DNA of 64,000 nucleotides from Gammaproteobacteria bacterium (GCA_024641505.1 JAHECY010000004.1:37133-101132), one strand, 5' to 3'; positions 1 through 11,173 are shown, counted from the first letter of the stretch. The notes: generated from the sequence alone by a model not told the origin. Numbers and translations: made by a program.

Positions 1-2280
1 TTCTTCTTCTTCCGTGACCGCTTCTTTAAAGTCGCATTCCTTCTGCGGACATTGTTTCTCCGCGCCTTTTCGCTTCGTCACTTTTAACGAAAGAATTGGC
101 CAGCCGCAGGACGGACAGGGCTCGTTGAGTGGTTCATTCCACAGGGCGTAATCGCAATCCGGGTAGCGGGCGCAGGAATAGAATATCTTGCCGCGGCGGG
201 ATTTACGTTTGAGCAGGGTGCCTTGCCGGCACTGGGGGCAGGGGACTTTGGTGTCTTCCGGTGCTTCCAGGGGTTCCATGTGATTGCAGTTGGGATAACC
301 CGAGCAACCAATGAATTTTCCATAGCGGCCATGTTTGACGACGAGTTGGGAGCCACACTGCGGGCATACCCGGCCCTCGATGGTCTGGGGTTGGGCATTG
401 GCGTCTTCATTGACGTTGCGGGTGTAATCGCAATCGGGATAGGCGGTGCAACCGATGAACAGTCCCCGTTTACCCAGGCGTTTGGACAGCGGCTGACCAC
501 ACTTGGGACACGCTTCGTCCAGGGTTTCGTGGGTAACGTCACGCCGGTCCACGTTTTTTTCCGTGTCCTCAACCTGTTGGTGAAACGGCGTCCAGAACGC
601 GTGCATCACCGGCACCCATTCTTTTTCGCCGCGGGAGATGGCATCCAGTTCATCTTCCAGGCGTGCCGTGAAATCATAATCCACGTACTGGGTAAAATAA
701 TTGGTCAGGAATTTATTGACGATACGGCCCACATCCGTGGGGGTGAAGCGCTTTTTCTCCAGTTCCACGTATTCACGCGCCTGCAGGGTAGAAATGATCG
801 AGGCATAGGTTGATGGTCGTCCGATACCGTGTTCTTCGAGGGACTTGACCAGGCTCGCTTCCGTGTAGCGGGGCGGTGGTTCGGTGAAATGCTGTTCCGG
901 GCGAATCTTGTCCAGAGTAATGTATTCACCTTCAATCAAAGGCGGCAGCAGGGTGCCGCCATCATCATCGGGAGAGTCGTCCTTACTTTCCTGGTAGACG
1001 GTAATAAAACCTGCATGGGCGATGGTGGAGCCGTTGGCGCGGAACCTATGCTCCGCTCCCGCAGTCATATCTGCGGCCACGGTGTCGATGGTGGCGTGAA
1101 TCATTTGACAGGCGACGGTACGTTTCCAGATCAGGTCATAGAGCTTGAATTGGTCAGGACTCAGATTGCTCTTGATTTCAGCGGGCACGCGCAGTACGGA
1201 AGTGGGGCGAATCGCCTCATGGGCCTCCTGGGCGTTCTTGGATTTGGTTTTGAAAACGCGCGCTTCTTCCGGCAGGTTATCCGCGCCGTAGCGATCCCGG
1301 ATGAACTGGCGCATTTCTTCCACCGCTTCCTGAGCCAGGCTCACCGAATCGGTACGCATGTAGCTGATCAAACCGGTGGCTTCACCGTCGATTTCGATCC
1401 CTTCATAGAGCTGTTGGGCGATACGCATGGTGCGCTGAGTCGTGAAACCGAGTTTGCGTGACGCCTCTTGTTGCAGCGTGGAGGTAATGAACGGTGGTGC
1501 GGGATTACGCTTGCGCTTTTTCTTTTCAACCTTTTCGACCAGCAATTTGCCGTTGGCGGCGGCATTGAGGGTCTGCTGGGCCTCGGTGGCCAGCGTTTCG
1601 TTATTGATATCGAACTGACTGAGTTTGTTGCCATGGTAATAAGTGAGTTTGGCAACGAATTTTTGGGCTTCTTTATCCAGATCAGCTTCAATGGTCCAGT
1701 ATTCCTGGGCCAGAAATTTTTCGATTTCCTCCTCACGTTCCACGATCAGACGTAACGCGGGGCTTTGTACCCGGCCGGCGGACAAGCCGCGCCGCACTTT
1801 TTTCCAAAGCAGGGGCGACAGGTTGAAACCCACCAGATAGTCCAGGGCACGGCGCGCTTGTTGCGCGTTTACCAGATCCGTGGACAGCTCACGGGGATGC
1901 TCCATGGCTTCCTGGATGGCGCGTTTGGTGATTTCGTGGAACACCACGCGGCCCACGGTTTTGTCCTCAAGCAGGCCTTCATCATTGAGCATTTCATAAA
2001 GATGCCAGGAAATGGCCTCGCCTTCGCGATCGGGGTCAGTCGCCAGGTAGAGGGCGTCGACGCCCTTCAAAGCTTTAACGATAGCGTCGACGTGTTTCTC
2101 ATTCTTTTCGATTACCCGGTACTTCATTTTGAAGTCGTGACCCGGATCCACGGCGCCTTCCTTGGGCAGCAGATCACGGACATGACCGTACGAGGCCAGG
2201 ACTTGAAAGCCCCGTCCCAGGTATTTTTTGATGGTGTTCGCCTTGGCCGGCGACTCGACGATTACCAGTGCTTTGCCCAT
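1..2280 (-). CDS. topA: DNA topoisomerase I (3' end runs off window)
   Basis: Manual translation from ATG at 2280 gives MGKALVIVESPAKANTIKKYLG (Toprim start). The C-terminal zinc-ribbon end ...CPQKECDFKEAVTEEEE lies at the window edge. It is missing from the ORF track because no stop falls inside the window. Confidence 0.96.
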   Translation of the reverse strand, partial: MGKALVIVESPAKANTIKKYLGRGFQVLASYGHVRDLLPKEGAVDPGHDFKMKYRVIEKNEKHVDAIVKALKGVDALYLATDPDREGEAISWHLYEMLNDEGLLEDKTVGRVVFHEITKRAIQEAMEHPRELSTDLVNAQQARRALDYLVGFNLSPLLWKKVRRGLSAGRVQSPALRLIVEREEEIEKFLAQEYWTIEADLDKEAQKFVAKLTYYHGNKLSQFDINNETLATEAQQTLNAAANGKLLVEKVEKKKRKRNPAPPFITSTLQQEASRKLGFTTQRTMRIAQQLYEGIEIDGEATGLISYMRTDSVSLAQEAVEEMRQFIRDRYGADNLPEEARVFKTKSKNAQEAHEAIRPTSVLRVPAEIKSNLSPDQFKLYDLIWKRTVACQMIHATIDTVAADMTAGAEHRFRANGSTIAHAGFITVYQESKDDSPDDDGGTLLPPLIEGEYITLDKIRPEQHFTEPPPRYTEASLVKSLEEHGIGRPSTYASIISTLQAREYVELEKKRFTPTDVGRIVNKFLTNYFTQYVDYDFTARLEDELDAISRGEKEWVPVMHAFWTPFHQQVEDTEKNVDRRDVTHETLDEACPKCGQPLSKRLGKRGLFIGCTAYPDCDYTRNVNEDANAQPQTIEGRVCPQCGSQLVVKHGRYGKFIGCSGYPNCNHMEPLEAPEDTKVPCPQCRQGTLLKRKSRRGKIFYSCARYPDCDYALWNEPLNEPCPSCGWPILSLKVTKRKGAEKQCPQKECDFKEAVTEEEE

Positions 2281-2404
2281 GATGTAATGAACAATCTCTA
2301 TCTTAGTGTAACTGTGAAAATCCGGTTGCAGGCCGAAGTGGTACGTGTGCCGTCGTGTAACGTGCTGTGGTCAACTTATCATTGCACTGGATGTCGCGTC
2401 CGGA

Positions 2405-2884
2405 TCAGTGCAGATTATTGGGCAGTTCGTCCAGCACCATGTCTTCCATCCAGGTCAGGGCTTCTTCCCTGCCGGGTTGGTTGAACAACACCATTAACAC
2501 TACCCACTTGAGTTGGTCGATGTCAAAGTCATCACTGTCCAGGGCCATGGCCCGATCGATGACCAGTTCGCGCGTATCCTGATCCAGCACACCCACTTGT
2601 TCGAGAAACAACAGGAAGCCGCGACAGGTAACGTCCAGCTTCTCCATCTCCTGTGGGGCGTACATACGGATGGAGCGTCCCTGGGTCGGCATGGGTTCCT
2701 GGGTTTGGCCCCGTAATTGGGTCAAACTTTCCAACCAGTCGAACGCCTTGTTGATTTCAGAATGAAGAAATCCCGCTTCCTTCAGTTCCACTTTGAGTGA
2801 CTCGGGATCCGAATACAGATTGGCATCATCATCCATATAGTTCTCAAAGAGATACATCAGTACATCGAACACGTTTTCTTTCAT
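2405..2884 (-). CDS. smg: Smg / DUF494 family protein
   Basis: MKENVFDVLMYLFENY...LKWVVLMVLFNQPG signature; canonical dprA-smg-topA synteny. Confidence 0.93.
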   Translation of the reverse strand: MKENVFDVLMYLFENYMDDDANLYSDPESLKVELKEAGFLHSEINKAFDWLESLTQLRGQTQEPMPTQGRSIRMYAPQEMEKLDVTCRGFLLFLEQVGVLDQDTRELVIDRAMALDSDDFDIDQLKWVVLMVLFNQPGREEALTWMEDMVLDELPNNLH

Positions 2885-2902
2885 TGTCCCAACCTGTCGT
2901 TG

Positions 2903-4027
2903 TTATCGCAGTCTGGTGTAACGCCCGTCAATCCCTGTTACAAAGCCCTGCAATTCTAATACCAAAAGAATGGACGAAACGGCTGCGGGCGTCAATCCAC
3001 TTCGGTTTATTACTTCATCAATAGACACGGAAGTGCTGCTGATATTTTCAAGGAGCTCAGCCTGCTCGGGGGTTAAGCCATTCATTGCGCGAGGTATCTC
3101 AGGCAACGATATTTCATTTGGGGTTGTCATTCCTCTACAGATATCGGTTGTTTGATTAAGTTCACTTAAAATATCCGGGTAACGCTCCACCAGTTTCGCG
3201 CCTTGCTTGATCAGATGGTGGCAACCGCTGGATTTGGGGTCATGAATGGATCCGGGCACCGCAAATACCTCGCGACCCTGCTCCAAAGCCAGCCGGGCGG
3301 TGATCAGGGATCCGCTGCGCAAGGTGGCTTGGACGACAATGATGCCGACTGACAAACCGCTGATAATCCGGTTACGCCGGGGAAAATGCCCCGGGTGGGG
3401 CGCGGTGGCGAGTGGAAACTCGGACACCAGTGCGCCCCGGTCGATAATTGTCTGGGCGAGTACCCGATGACTGTGGGGGTAAACCCGATCCAGGCCGGTA
3501 CCGAGTACCGCCACCGTCGTACCCTCCGGGTGATGCAGGGCGCCACGGTGGGCGGCGGCATCGATACCTTGGGCCAGCCCACTGGTGATGCTGTAGCCCT
3601 GAATGGCCAACTGCCAGGCCAGATTAAATGCGTTCTCCCTGCCGTAAATCGTCGGATTGCGGCTGCCCACCAGTGCCAGTTGGTGCAATTGCAGTAATGT
3701 GGGATCGCCACTGACGAACAACACCGGAGGTGCGTCGCTAAGGTGTTTCAATGGAGCCGGATATCGGGGGTCAAGCAGGGTGATAATATGATTGGTGGGC
3801 GCCTGAGCCCAGTTTAAATGATGCTCCACGCGGTGCCAGTCCGGATTTCTCAGGCAGGCGCTGGTACCGGCGGGCAGTTCCCGTGCCACTCTGTCAGGCT
3901 CTGCAATGATGTCAGCCGGCGTGTGGCGGGAGGCCAGTAGATGCAAGAAGCGGTTCGGGCCGATACCGGGAACGAACAGGAGTGCCAGCCAACAGGCCAG
4001 CTCATTGGTGCTGAGTGCTGTCATCAC
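2903..4027 (-). CDS. dprA: DNA-processing protein DprA
   Basis: Motifs VGSRNPT, ITSGLAQGID, FPRRNRIISGLS, SGSLITA, GREVFAVPG. Confidence 0.96.
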   Translation of the reverse strand: MMTALSTNELACWLALLFVPGIGPNRFLHLLASRHTPADIIAEPDRVARELPAGTSACLRNPDWHRVEHHLNWAQAPTNHIITLLDPRYPAPLKHLSDAPPVLFVSGDPTLLQLHQLALVGSRNPTIYGRENAFNLAWQLAIQGYSITSGLAQGIDAAAHRGALHHPEGTTVAVLGTGLDRVYPHSHRVLAQTIIDRGALVSEFPLATAPHPGHFPRRNRIISGLSVGIIVVQATLRSGSLITARLALEQGREVFAVPGSIHDPKSSGCHHLIKQGAKLVERYPDILSELNQTTDICRGMTTPNEISLPEIPRAMNGLTPEQAELLENISSTSVSIDEVINRSGLTPAAVSSILLVLELQGFVTGIDGRYTRLR

Positions 4028-4078
4028 GACTATCCTTGTCGTTGTTGATCACGTCATTCGGATGACGTTACCCCGGTG

Positions 4079-5257
4079 TTAGGGATTGCGCAAGACATCG
4101 TACAACTGAATGTCCTTGATGGTGTCCATCACCAGGCCAAAACTGACCCGATCAAAAGTCTTAAAAACCATAATCAGTCCAGACCGGGTGTCTGGTAGCT
4201 GTACTGAATCACGTGGATTGGGGCTGATGACATTCCGAATCCGGTGCCCCTTGCGGTACACCGCTAGTACATGGCCCGGTTCAATGCCATCAAATTCCCC
4301 AAGATTGATTACCGCTGTCTGATACAGGCCAATACGGGTTACAGCATCCAGGACTTCGATGATTTGCCCTTCCACCGGAGTCGCCGGTGCGTGGGGCAAA
4401 TAGTTGGCTCTCATTTCATCGTCCAGAATGGGTAACAATTTGTCGCCCAGCAAGGTTTCTCTCTCGGAGTTCACGATTTGTAAAGTCGTGGGATTGCCAA
4501 AACTTCTTACCAGTGTAGTCCCGACATAAATGGCTTCGAAACCTAATATATCGTCTTCATCAGCATCCTGGTTACGGTATACGCGTCCCGTGCGATACAA
4601 GCTGAATCGGTTGGTTTTGCCGGCCTCGATGCCCACGGCATAAAGAGTGTCGCCACTGCCCGAAATCAAGTGATTGTCTTCACCGGACACGACATAACCG
4701 GAACTGTTCAGCTCCTTCTCGCTGATTACCATGGGTTTAGAAAGAAACTGTTCGATAATTTCAATGGGTATTGTGGGGATCGCCCGGTCTTTATGGGTGC
4801 GCCGAATTTTGGGTTCGAGTTTTCCGGTGTTGCTGGCGCTGACGATTTTCACAGTTCTCTTTGTGGATTTTCCTGGCGTGGTGGTGGCCGAGGAGGGGTC
4901 CGCCGACGTCCTGCCGGGGCTGGTCATCTGCTGCTCACCGGTGACCGTCTCCGTTTCCACAACCCGTTCCAAACGGCGCAGCACCGGTTGCCCGTTCTGA
5001 TAGGTCATGACGATGATGTCGCCAGGATAGATCAAATGGGGATTCTCAATTTGCGGATTGAAGTCCCACACATCGGGCCAGCGCCAGGGATCTCGTAGAA
5101 AGCGGGCGGAAATGCCCCACAAGGTATCCCCTTTGACGACGGTATAACGCTCCGGTGCATCCGGGGCCAAAGCGATTTCGTCGCTGCTGGCGCTGGTGCT
5201 GACACCCAGAATCAATATCAGTAAAGTAATGCTGATGAGCCGCATGGCTGTCCTCAT
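4079..5257 (-). CDS. LysM peptidoglycan-binding protein (TsaP-like)
   Basis: Signal peptide, then LysM YTVVKGDTLWGIS...NPQIENPHLIYPGD; conserved position between dprA and def. Start is 5257 or 5245. Confidence 0.88.
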   Translation of the reverse strand: MRTAMRLISITLLILILGVSTSASSDEIALAPDAPERYTVVKGDTLWGISARFLRDPWRWPDVWDFNPQIENPHLIYPGDIIVMTYQNGQPVLRRLERVVETETVTGEQQMTSPGRTSADPSSATTTPGKSTKRTVKIVSASNTGKLEPKIRRTHKDRAIPTIPIEIIEQFLSKPMVISEKELNSSGYVVSGEDNHLISGSGDTLYAVGIEAGKTNRFSLYRTGRVYRNQDADEDDILGFEAIYVGTTLVRSFGNPTTLQIVNSERETLLGDKLLPILDDEMRANYLPHAPATPVEGQIIEVLDAVTRIGLYQTAVINLGEFDGIEPGHVLAVYRKGHRIRNVISPNPRDSVQLPDTRSGLIMVFKTFDRVSFGLVMDTIKDIQLYDVLRNP

Positions 5258-5497
5258 TTTCTTCGTGTTGCTACGGCTGAAACTTTTCCCCCGGAAACGC
5301 GCGTGCAAACTTTTCCAGGGGGGTTAGCGTATCCGGCTGGGAGGAACCGCCAACAACCGGTAGAATATGCACTCTATATCGACCAAACCTATGGATAATT
5401 AAACTGTTAACTAAGGCTTGTCGGTTCGTTTTATCCCTTAGGAAAAATGAGTTCTATCACCTCTCGGCCCACAAAGAAAATTAAGACTGTAAATATT

Positions 5498-6001
5498 ATG
5501 GCTTTATTGAATATACTGCACTACCCGGATCCCCGTTTGCGCAACAATGCCGAACCTGTGGCCACGGTTGGTGCTGAAGAAAAACAATTGGTCGCGGACA
5601 TGTTTGAAACCATGTACAGCGCGCCGGGTATCGGTCTGGCGGCAATTCAAGTCAACGTACCCAAACGCATTATCGTCATCGATATCAGCGAGGATCAGAC
5701 CCAGCCCATGTGTTTTATCAATCCCCAGATCAAGCGCCGGGAAGGGGAAGAGCAGATGGAGGAGGGGTGTTTGTCGGTGCCCGGAATCTACGAACCGGTG
5801 GTGCGTTACCGGAGCATCATGGTACAGGCCCTTGACCGTAAGGGATCGGCGTTCGAGTTGGAAGCCGATGGCTTGCTCAGCGTGTGTATACAGCACGAAA
5901 TCGATCATTTGGATGGCAAATTGTTCGTGGATTATTTATCGGAAATGAAGCGTACCCGCATTCGTAAGAAGCTCGAGAAAATGCGGCGTCAGACCTTATA
6001 G
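5498..6001 (+). CDS. def: Peptide deformylase
   Basis: Motifs [22 protein letters not shown]. Start set at [15 protein letters not shown]. Confidence 0.97.
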   Translation: MALLNILHYPDPRLRNNAEPVATVGAEEKQLVADMFETMYSAPGIGLAAIQVNVPKRIIVIDISEDQTQPMCFINPQIKRREGEEQMEEGCLSVPGIYEPVVRYRSIMVQALDRKGSAFELEADGLLSVCIQHEIDHLDGKLFVDYLSEMKRTRIRKKLEKMRRQTL

Positions 6002-6003
6002 CC

Positions 6004-6993
6004 ATGTCTACTGCCGCATCGTCCACCGGGACGCCCGAGCACCTTGTCACGCCTTTGTCCATCGTTTTTGCCGGCACTCCGGAATTCGCCGCGACGGTGT
6101 TGCAAGCCTTGCTGCAAACGCCGCATCACATCCGCGCCGTGTATACTCAGCCGGATCGACCGGCGGGTCGTGGCCGCAAGTTGCGGCCGAGTCCGGTGAA
6201 AGAGTGCGCCTTGGAGGCGCAACTGCCCGTGGAGCAGCCGCAGACCCTGCGTGATGCCGAAGTACAGCGGCAACTGCAGGCGTATCAGGCGGATCTGATG
6301 GTGGTGGTAGCTTATGGCCTGATCCTGCCGCCAGCGGTGCTGGCGGCGTTTCCTCTGGGATGTGTCAACGTGCATGCCTCCCTGTTGCCGCGTTGGCGCG
6401 GTGCGGCGCCGATTCAGCGCGCCATTGAGGCCGGTGACGAGACTACCGGTATTACCATTATGCAGATGGATAAGGGCTTGGATACCGGGGCGATGCTCGC
6501 GGTCCAGGAGTGCGCTATTACGGCGGATGATACCGCGCAAACACTGCATGATCGACTGGCAGGGATGGGCGCGTCATTATTATGCGCGACCTTGCCTCGG
6601 TTACGAATCGGCGCTCTCAGTCCGGAACCGCAGGATGATGCGCTGGCAAGTTACGCCGCAAAGATCGTCAAGGATGATGCGCGTATCGATTGGCGACGTT
6701 CGGCGCGCGAGATCGAGCTGCAGATACGCGCCTTCAATCCCTGGCCCGGCGCTTACACCGAATACCGTGATGGGAACCTGAAAATCTGGAGCGCGCAGGC
6801 CGTTGTCGGCGGCAGCGGTGCAGCTCCTGGCACCGTCGTGGCGATCGGCAAAGATGCTATCGATATGAGTACTGGTGCCGAGATTTTGCGCATCACCCGG
6901 CTGCAAGTTCCTGGCGGTAAACCGGTGGCGGCTCGGGATTTTATTAACGCCCATCGTGATCTGCGGGTCGGCGCTGGATTTCAGAATGCATAA
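6004..6993 (+). CDS. fmt: Methionyl-tRNA formyltransferase
   Basis: FAGTPEFA, TQPDRPAGRG, NVHASLLPRWRGAAPI; follows def. Confidence 0.97.
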   Translation: MSTAASSTGTPEHLVTPLSIVFAGTPEFAATVLQALLQTPHHIRAVYTQPDRPAGRGRKLRPSPVKECALEAQLPVEQPQTLRDAEVQRQLQAYQADLMVVVAYGLILPPAVLAAFPLGCVNVHASLLPRWRGAAPIQRAIEAGDETTGITIMQMDKGLDTGAMLAVQECAITADDTAQTLHDRLAGMGASLLCATLPRLRIGALSPEPQDDALASYAAKIVKDDARIDWRRSAREIELQIRAFNPWPGAYTEYRDGNLKIWSAQAVVGGSGAAPGTVVAIGKDAIDMSTGAEILRITRLQVPGGKPVAARDFINAHRDLRVGAGFQNA

Positions 6994-7017
6994 AATTCCC
7001 ATGTTGGAGTTCTTGCC

Positions 7018-8313
7018 ATGAGTGCCCGGGTGGTAGCGGTAGCAATTTTGACGGAGGTGTTTGCGGGTGCTTCGCTCACCAGCGCGTGCCAGCAACGGCT
7101 GCCGACATTGCATGACAGTCGGGATCGTGCGTTCGCGCAGGAATTGGCCTATGGAGTCTGTCGGTGGCACTTGCGTCTGCTGGCGTTGGTGGATGCTCTG
7201 TTGGCGCGCCCAATGCGGCAACGGGATTTCGATCTGAATCTGTTGCTGGCGGTGGGACTGTACCAATTGCTTTATACCCGGGTACCACAACACGCGGCAT
7301 TGGCGGCGACCGTGCAGGGCGCGGTCGCCATGAACAAAGGCTGGGCCAAGGGGCTGGTCAACGGGGTATTACGAAATTTTCTGCGGCGTCGAGATGATTT
7401 GTTGGCGGATCTGGAGCACGATCCGGTAACCCGCTGGTCCATGCCGCGCTGGTTGTTGGACACCTGGCGCCAGGACTGGCCGGACGCTTGGCAACAAATC
7501 GCCCGGTGCGCTAACGACTATCCGCCCCTGGTGCTGCGCATCAACCGGCAGCGAACTACCCGCGACCAGTATCTTGCACTGCTGCAAGCGGCAGGGTTGC
7601 AGGCGGACTCCGTAGCCGGGGCCGAAGATGCCGTTGTGCTGGCGCAGGCCATGCCAGTAGCGGAAATCCCGGGGTTCGCCGATGGCCTGGTGTCGGTACA
7701 AGACGCGGCGGCGCAACTGGCGCTGCCCTTGCTCGAGCTGGCGCCTGGAATGCGGGTGCTCGATGCCTGTGCGGCGCCGGGAGGCAAGTCTTGTCATATT
7801 CTCGAGCGAGAACCGACTTGTCGCCTCTTGTCGCTCGATATCGATGGCGAGCGTGTGGCGCAGATTAGCGACAACTTTCAACGTCTGGGGTTGCAGGGTG
7901 AGGTCCGAGTCGCCGATGCGGCGGAGCCTGATCATTGGTGGGATGGCGAGTTGTTTGATCGCATCCTGCTGGATGCTCCATGTTCGGGTTGCGGTGTGAT
8001 AAGGCGCCATCCGGATATTAAAATATTGAGAAAACAAGGGGATGTGAGCGGGCTTGTGTATCGACAAACACATTTGTTGGGGAATTTATGGCCGCTGCTT
8101 AAAAACCATGGCAAACTCGTTTATGCCACGTGTTCTATATTAAAAGCGGAAAATGCCGAACGTCTGCACGCGTTTGCTGCGCAACATGGGGATGCGCGCT
8201 GCGACCCGATGGACGTGCCCTGGGGAAGGCCGCAGACGCCGGGTCGGCAAATCTTGCCGGGTGACGGCTTAATGGACGGATTTTACTACGGTAGTTTATG
8301 TAAGTCGGTTTGA
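7018..8313 (+). CDS. rsmB: 16S rRNA m5C967 methyltransferase
   Basis: NusB-like N-terminus, SVQD, LDACAAPGGK, DAPCSG, YATCS. Confidence 0.95.
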   Translation: MSARVVAVAILTEVFAGASLTSACQQRLPTLHDSRDRAFAQELAYGVCRWHLRLLALVDALLARPMRQRDFDLNLLLAVGLYQLLYTRVPQHAALAATVQGAVAMNKGWAKGLVNGVLRNFLRRRDDLLADLEHDPVTRWSMPRWLLDTWRQDWPDAWQQIARCANDYPPLVLRINRQRTTRDQYLALLQAAGLQADSVAGAEDAVVLAQAMPVAEIPGFADGLVSVQDAAAQLALPLLELAPGMRVLDACAAPGGKSCHILEREPTCRLLSLDIDGERVAQISDNFQRLGLQGEVRVADAAEPDHWWDGELFDRILLDAPCSGCGVIRRHPDIKILRKQGDVSGLVYRQTHLLGNLWPLLKNHGKLVYATCSILKAENAERLHAFAAQHGDARCDPMDVPWGRPQTPGRQILPGDGLMDGFYYGSLCKSV

Positions 8314-8343
8314 TGAAGGATGATCAGGTGAAAGGCGGAAAAA

Positions 8344-8931
8344 GTGTGTAATTTTCTTACTAATGGATTAAAGCGGCAAGTGGTTACCCCGATCATGTTT
8401 GGTGGTTTTCTACTGGCGGGAAACGCGTTGGCGGAGGAGCCGGGATTTACCGTGGTCAGAGTGCACACAACGGTGGCGGAGGATGGCGTGAAAGTTTCGG
8501 CGCTGCTGAATTTCCAGTTTACGGATACAGTGGCGGAAGCCGTGCGCAACGGCATCCCGGTAACGCTGGAGGTGAAGGTGAAGGTGGAGCGGCCGGAAAA
8601 GTATTGGTGGCCGGAGGAAGTGTCGATGGTCCGCCAGCGCTATCAATTGCGCTACCATGCGTTGTCGCAACAGTATCTGGTGCGCAATCTCAATAATGGC
8701 GTACAAAACCATTTTGCCAATGTCAGACAGGCACTGGCCATGATCGGGCAGGTTGACGGTGTCACCTTGATGAAAGACGCGGATATTTCCGATCTCACCC
8801 AATATCGCTTGCTTGTTCGCACCCGGCTCGATATCGGTGCCCTGCCGGTGCCGTTGCGCCTGTGGGCTTACCTGGATCCCGGTTGGTATTTGAGCAGTGA
8901 CTGGTTTGAGCAACCCTTAAACGGCAAATAA
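8344..8931 (+). CDS. DUF4390-type exported protein
   Basis: Signal-peptide-like N-terminus, LRYHALSQQY and LPVPLR motifs; typical position between rsmB and ntrY-like. Start uncertain. Confidence 0.75.
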   Translation: MCNFLTNGLKRQVVTPIMFGGFLLAGNALAEEPGFTVVRVHTTVAEDGVKVSALLNFQFTDTVAEAVRNGIPVTLEVKVKVERPEKYWWPEEVSMVRQRYQLRYHALSQQYLVRNLNNGVQNHFANVRQALAMIGQVDGVTLMKDADISDLTQYRLLVRTRLDIGALPVPLRLWAYLDPGWYLSSDWFEQPLNGK

Positions 8932-8933
8932 CA

Positions 8934-11138
8934 GTGGAAACCAAGCTGCGCACGTTCAAGTCTGATTATCTGCCGGCGACGATTTTGTTCGTGCTGATGC
9001 TGGGATCGCTGGCGTTGATGAGTGACGCCACTCAGGACAATGTGCGATTTCACAAGCTTTATTCCACGCTGCTGGCCATCAATGTCCTGATTCTGATCCT
9101 GCTGCTCTGGTTGATCCTGGTCAATATGGTGAAACTGGTGCGCCAGCACCGACGCCGTATTGTCGGTTCACGCCTGGCCGCGCGTCTGGTGGTGGTGTTC
9201 GTGGTGCTCACGCTGGCGCCGGTTTCCGCGGTGTACTATTTCTCCATCCAGTTTTTGAGCCAGGGTATCGACAAGTGGTTCGATGTACGCGTGGATCAAG
9301 CGTTGGACAATGCGCTGGACTTGAGCCGTTCCGCACTGGACTTGCGCATGCGCGAGTATAAAAGGGATGTTGAGACGCTGGCGCGGAAGCTGATGGATGT
9401 GGAAGAGAACATGGTGGCTTTTACCTTGAGCGATTATCGAACGGACAGTGACGCCATCGAACTCACCTTGCTCACTTTGTCCGGCAAGTTCATCGCCTCT
9501 GACAGTGCGGATACCACGGCCATTATTCCCGATCGACCCGATGAAGCGATTATTATCGGCTTGCGCCGTGGTCGGTCCTATATCGGTCTGGACCCGATCG
9601 GTGAGCGGGGCCTGCATATCCGGGTGGTGGTGCCGGTGATCAGCTCCGACCCACGCCGCGATAAATACATGCTGCAGGCACTATATCCGGTGGAAGCGCG
9701 CCTCAATGATCTGGCGGCCAGCGTCCAGGAGGCATATGCTCACTACCAGGAGGTGGTGTTTCTCAGGGAGCCACTGAAGAACAGTTTCCTGCTCACCCTG
9801 TCATTGGTGCTGTTGTTGACCCTGCTGGCGGCGGTGTGGGCGGCGTTTATCTCTGCGCAACGCCTGGTGGCGCCGATCAGTGTATTGGCGTCGGGTACCC
9901 AAGCGGTGGCGCAGGGCGATTACACCATGCAATTGCCGTTGCCCGACAGCCGGGATGAAATACAGTCGCTGGTGCAATCCTTCAATGATATGACGCGCAA
10001 GATCGCTTATGCCCGGGATGCGGCTGATCACAGTCAGATGCAGGCGGAAAACGAACGCGCTTATTTGCAGGGCATATTGGAGAGTTTGACATCGGGGGTG
10101 CTCACGCTGGATCGTTTTCACGTGTTGCGCAAAATTAATCCCACCGCCACCCGGATTCTGGGCGCTGATTTGAGTGAATTGCTGGATCGGCGCATGGAAG
10201 CCATGGCGGACAGCTTTCCGCACCTTGAGAACGTGGTAAACATGCTCAAGCCGCATCTGGCGGGTAACTCCGAATGGCGTGAAGAAGTGAGCGTGCTGGG
10301 ACCCGCCGGGCGTCAGGTGCTGATGTTCCGCGGCAAGGCGCTCACCGGCAGCGGCGGTGCGCAGACCGGCTATGTGGTGGTATTTGACGATGTCACCGCC
10401 CTGATCCAGGTGGAACGTGATGCCGCCTGGGGCGAGGTGGCGCGACGCATGGCCCATGAAATCAAGAATCCGCTGACCCCGATTCAGTTGTCCGCGGAAC
10501 GCTTGCGGCACAAATACTTGCCGGGGATGGAGCCGGAATATGCCGATCTCCTGGATCGGGCGACCTATACCATAATTCAGCAGGTGCAGGCGATGAAAGA
10601 GATGGTGAAGGTGTTTTCGGAATACGCGCGCATGCCGAAAATGAATTTGGTGCCGCTTGATCTCAATGGCTTGATCGATGAAGTGCTGGACTTGTACCGT
10701 GGTACGGATTTTGACGTGCAATTCAATTTGTCGCTGGATCATGATCTGCCGATAATCTCGGCTGACGGAGACCGCCTGCGGCAACTGTTGCACAATCTGA
10801 TTCGTAATGCCCTGGATGCCACGCGTGTCGCCGAGCTTTCGGAAGTCACGTTGAAAACACGCTTGATCCAGGATGCGGTGCATGCGTTCGTTGAACTGCG
10901 CGTGGAAGATACGGGTACCGGCATCCCCGAACACATGATTCAGAACCTGTTCGAGCCTTATGTCACCACGAAACCTAAAGGTTCGGGATTGGGCTTGGCG
11001 ATCGTCAAAAAGATCGTCGAGGAACACGGCGGTCTGGTATGGGCGGAAAATCGGGTACATGACGGCGCCTGTATTGTTATAAGATTACCGGTACCGGATG
11101 TTGAAATTCAGGGACTGGCTGCGACGAGCCAGACGTAA
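8934..11138 (+). CDS. NtrY-like sensor histidine kinase (TM-HAMP-PAS-HisKA-HATPase)
   Basis: H-box AWGEVARRMAHEIKNPLTPIQLSAERL; N/G boxes NLIRNA, EDTGTG, GSGLGL. Confidence 0.92.
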   Translation: METKLRTFKSDYLPATILFVLMLGSLALMSDATQDNVRFHKLYSTLLAINVLILILLLWLILVNMVKLVRQHRRRIVGSRLAARLVVVFVVLTLAPVSAVYYFSIQFLSQGIDKWFDVRVDQALDNALDLSRSALDLRMREYKRDVETLARKLMDVEENMVAFTLSDYRTDSDAIELTLLTLSGKFIASDSADTTAIIPDRPDEAIIIGLRRGRSYIGLDPIGERGLHIRVVVPVISSDPRRDKYMLQALYPVEARLNDLAASVQEAYAHYQEVVFLREPLKNSFLLTLSLVLLLTLLAAVWAAFISAQRLVAPISVLASGTQAVAQGDYTMQLPLPDSRDEIQSLVQSFNDMTRKIAYARDAADHSQMQAENERAYLQGILESLTSGVLTLDRFHVLRKINPTATRILGADLSELLDRRMEAMADSFPHLENVVNMLKPHLAGNSEWREEVSVLGPAGRQVLMFRGKALTGSGGAQTGYVVVFDDVTALIQVERDAAWGEVARRMAHEIKNPLTPIQLSAERLRHKYLPGMEPEYADLLDRATYTIIQQVQAMKEMVKVFSEYARMPKMNLVPLDLNGLIDEVLDLYRGTDFDVQFNLSLDHDLPIISADGDRLRQLLHNLIRNALDATRVAELSEVTLKTRLIQDAVHAFVELRVEDTGTGIPEHMIQNLFEPYVTTKPKGSGLGLAIVKKIVEEHGGLVWAENRVHDGACIVIRLPVPDVEIQGLAATSQT

Positions 11139-11173
11139 CTGCGGGCGAAGCTAACGATTGGGCGGGATTGGTC

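Noticed and set aside
84-2484. Several long ORFs in the track (223-813, 829-1461, 1765-2484 on +; 84-572 on -)
   Set aside because: They are antisense or off-frame shadows of topA, which occupies 1-2280 on the minus strand.
9801-11060. 419-aa minus-strand ORF (similar cases: 40655-41611, 50720-51805, 60946-62061)
   Set aside because: Antisense to well-supported genes, with no recognisable motifs; expected in GC-rich coding DNA.
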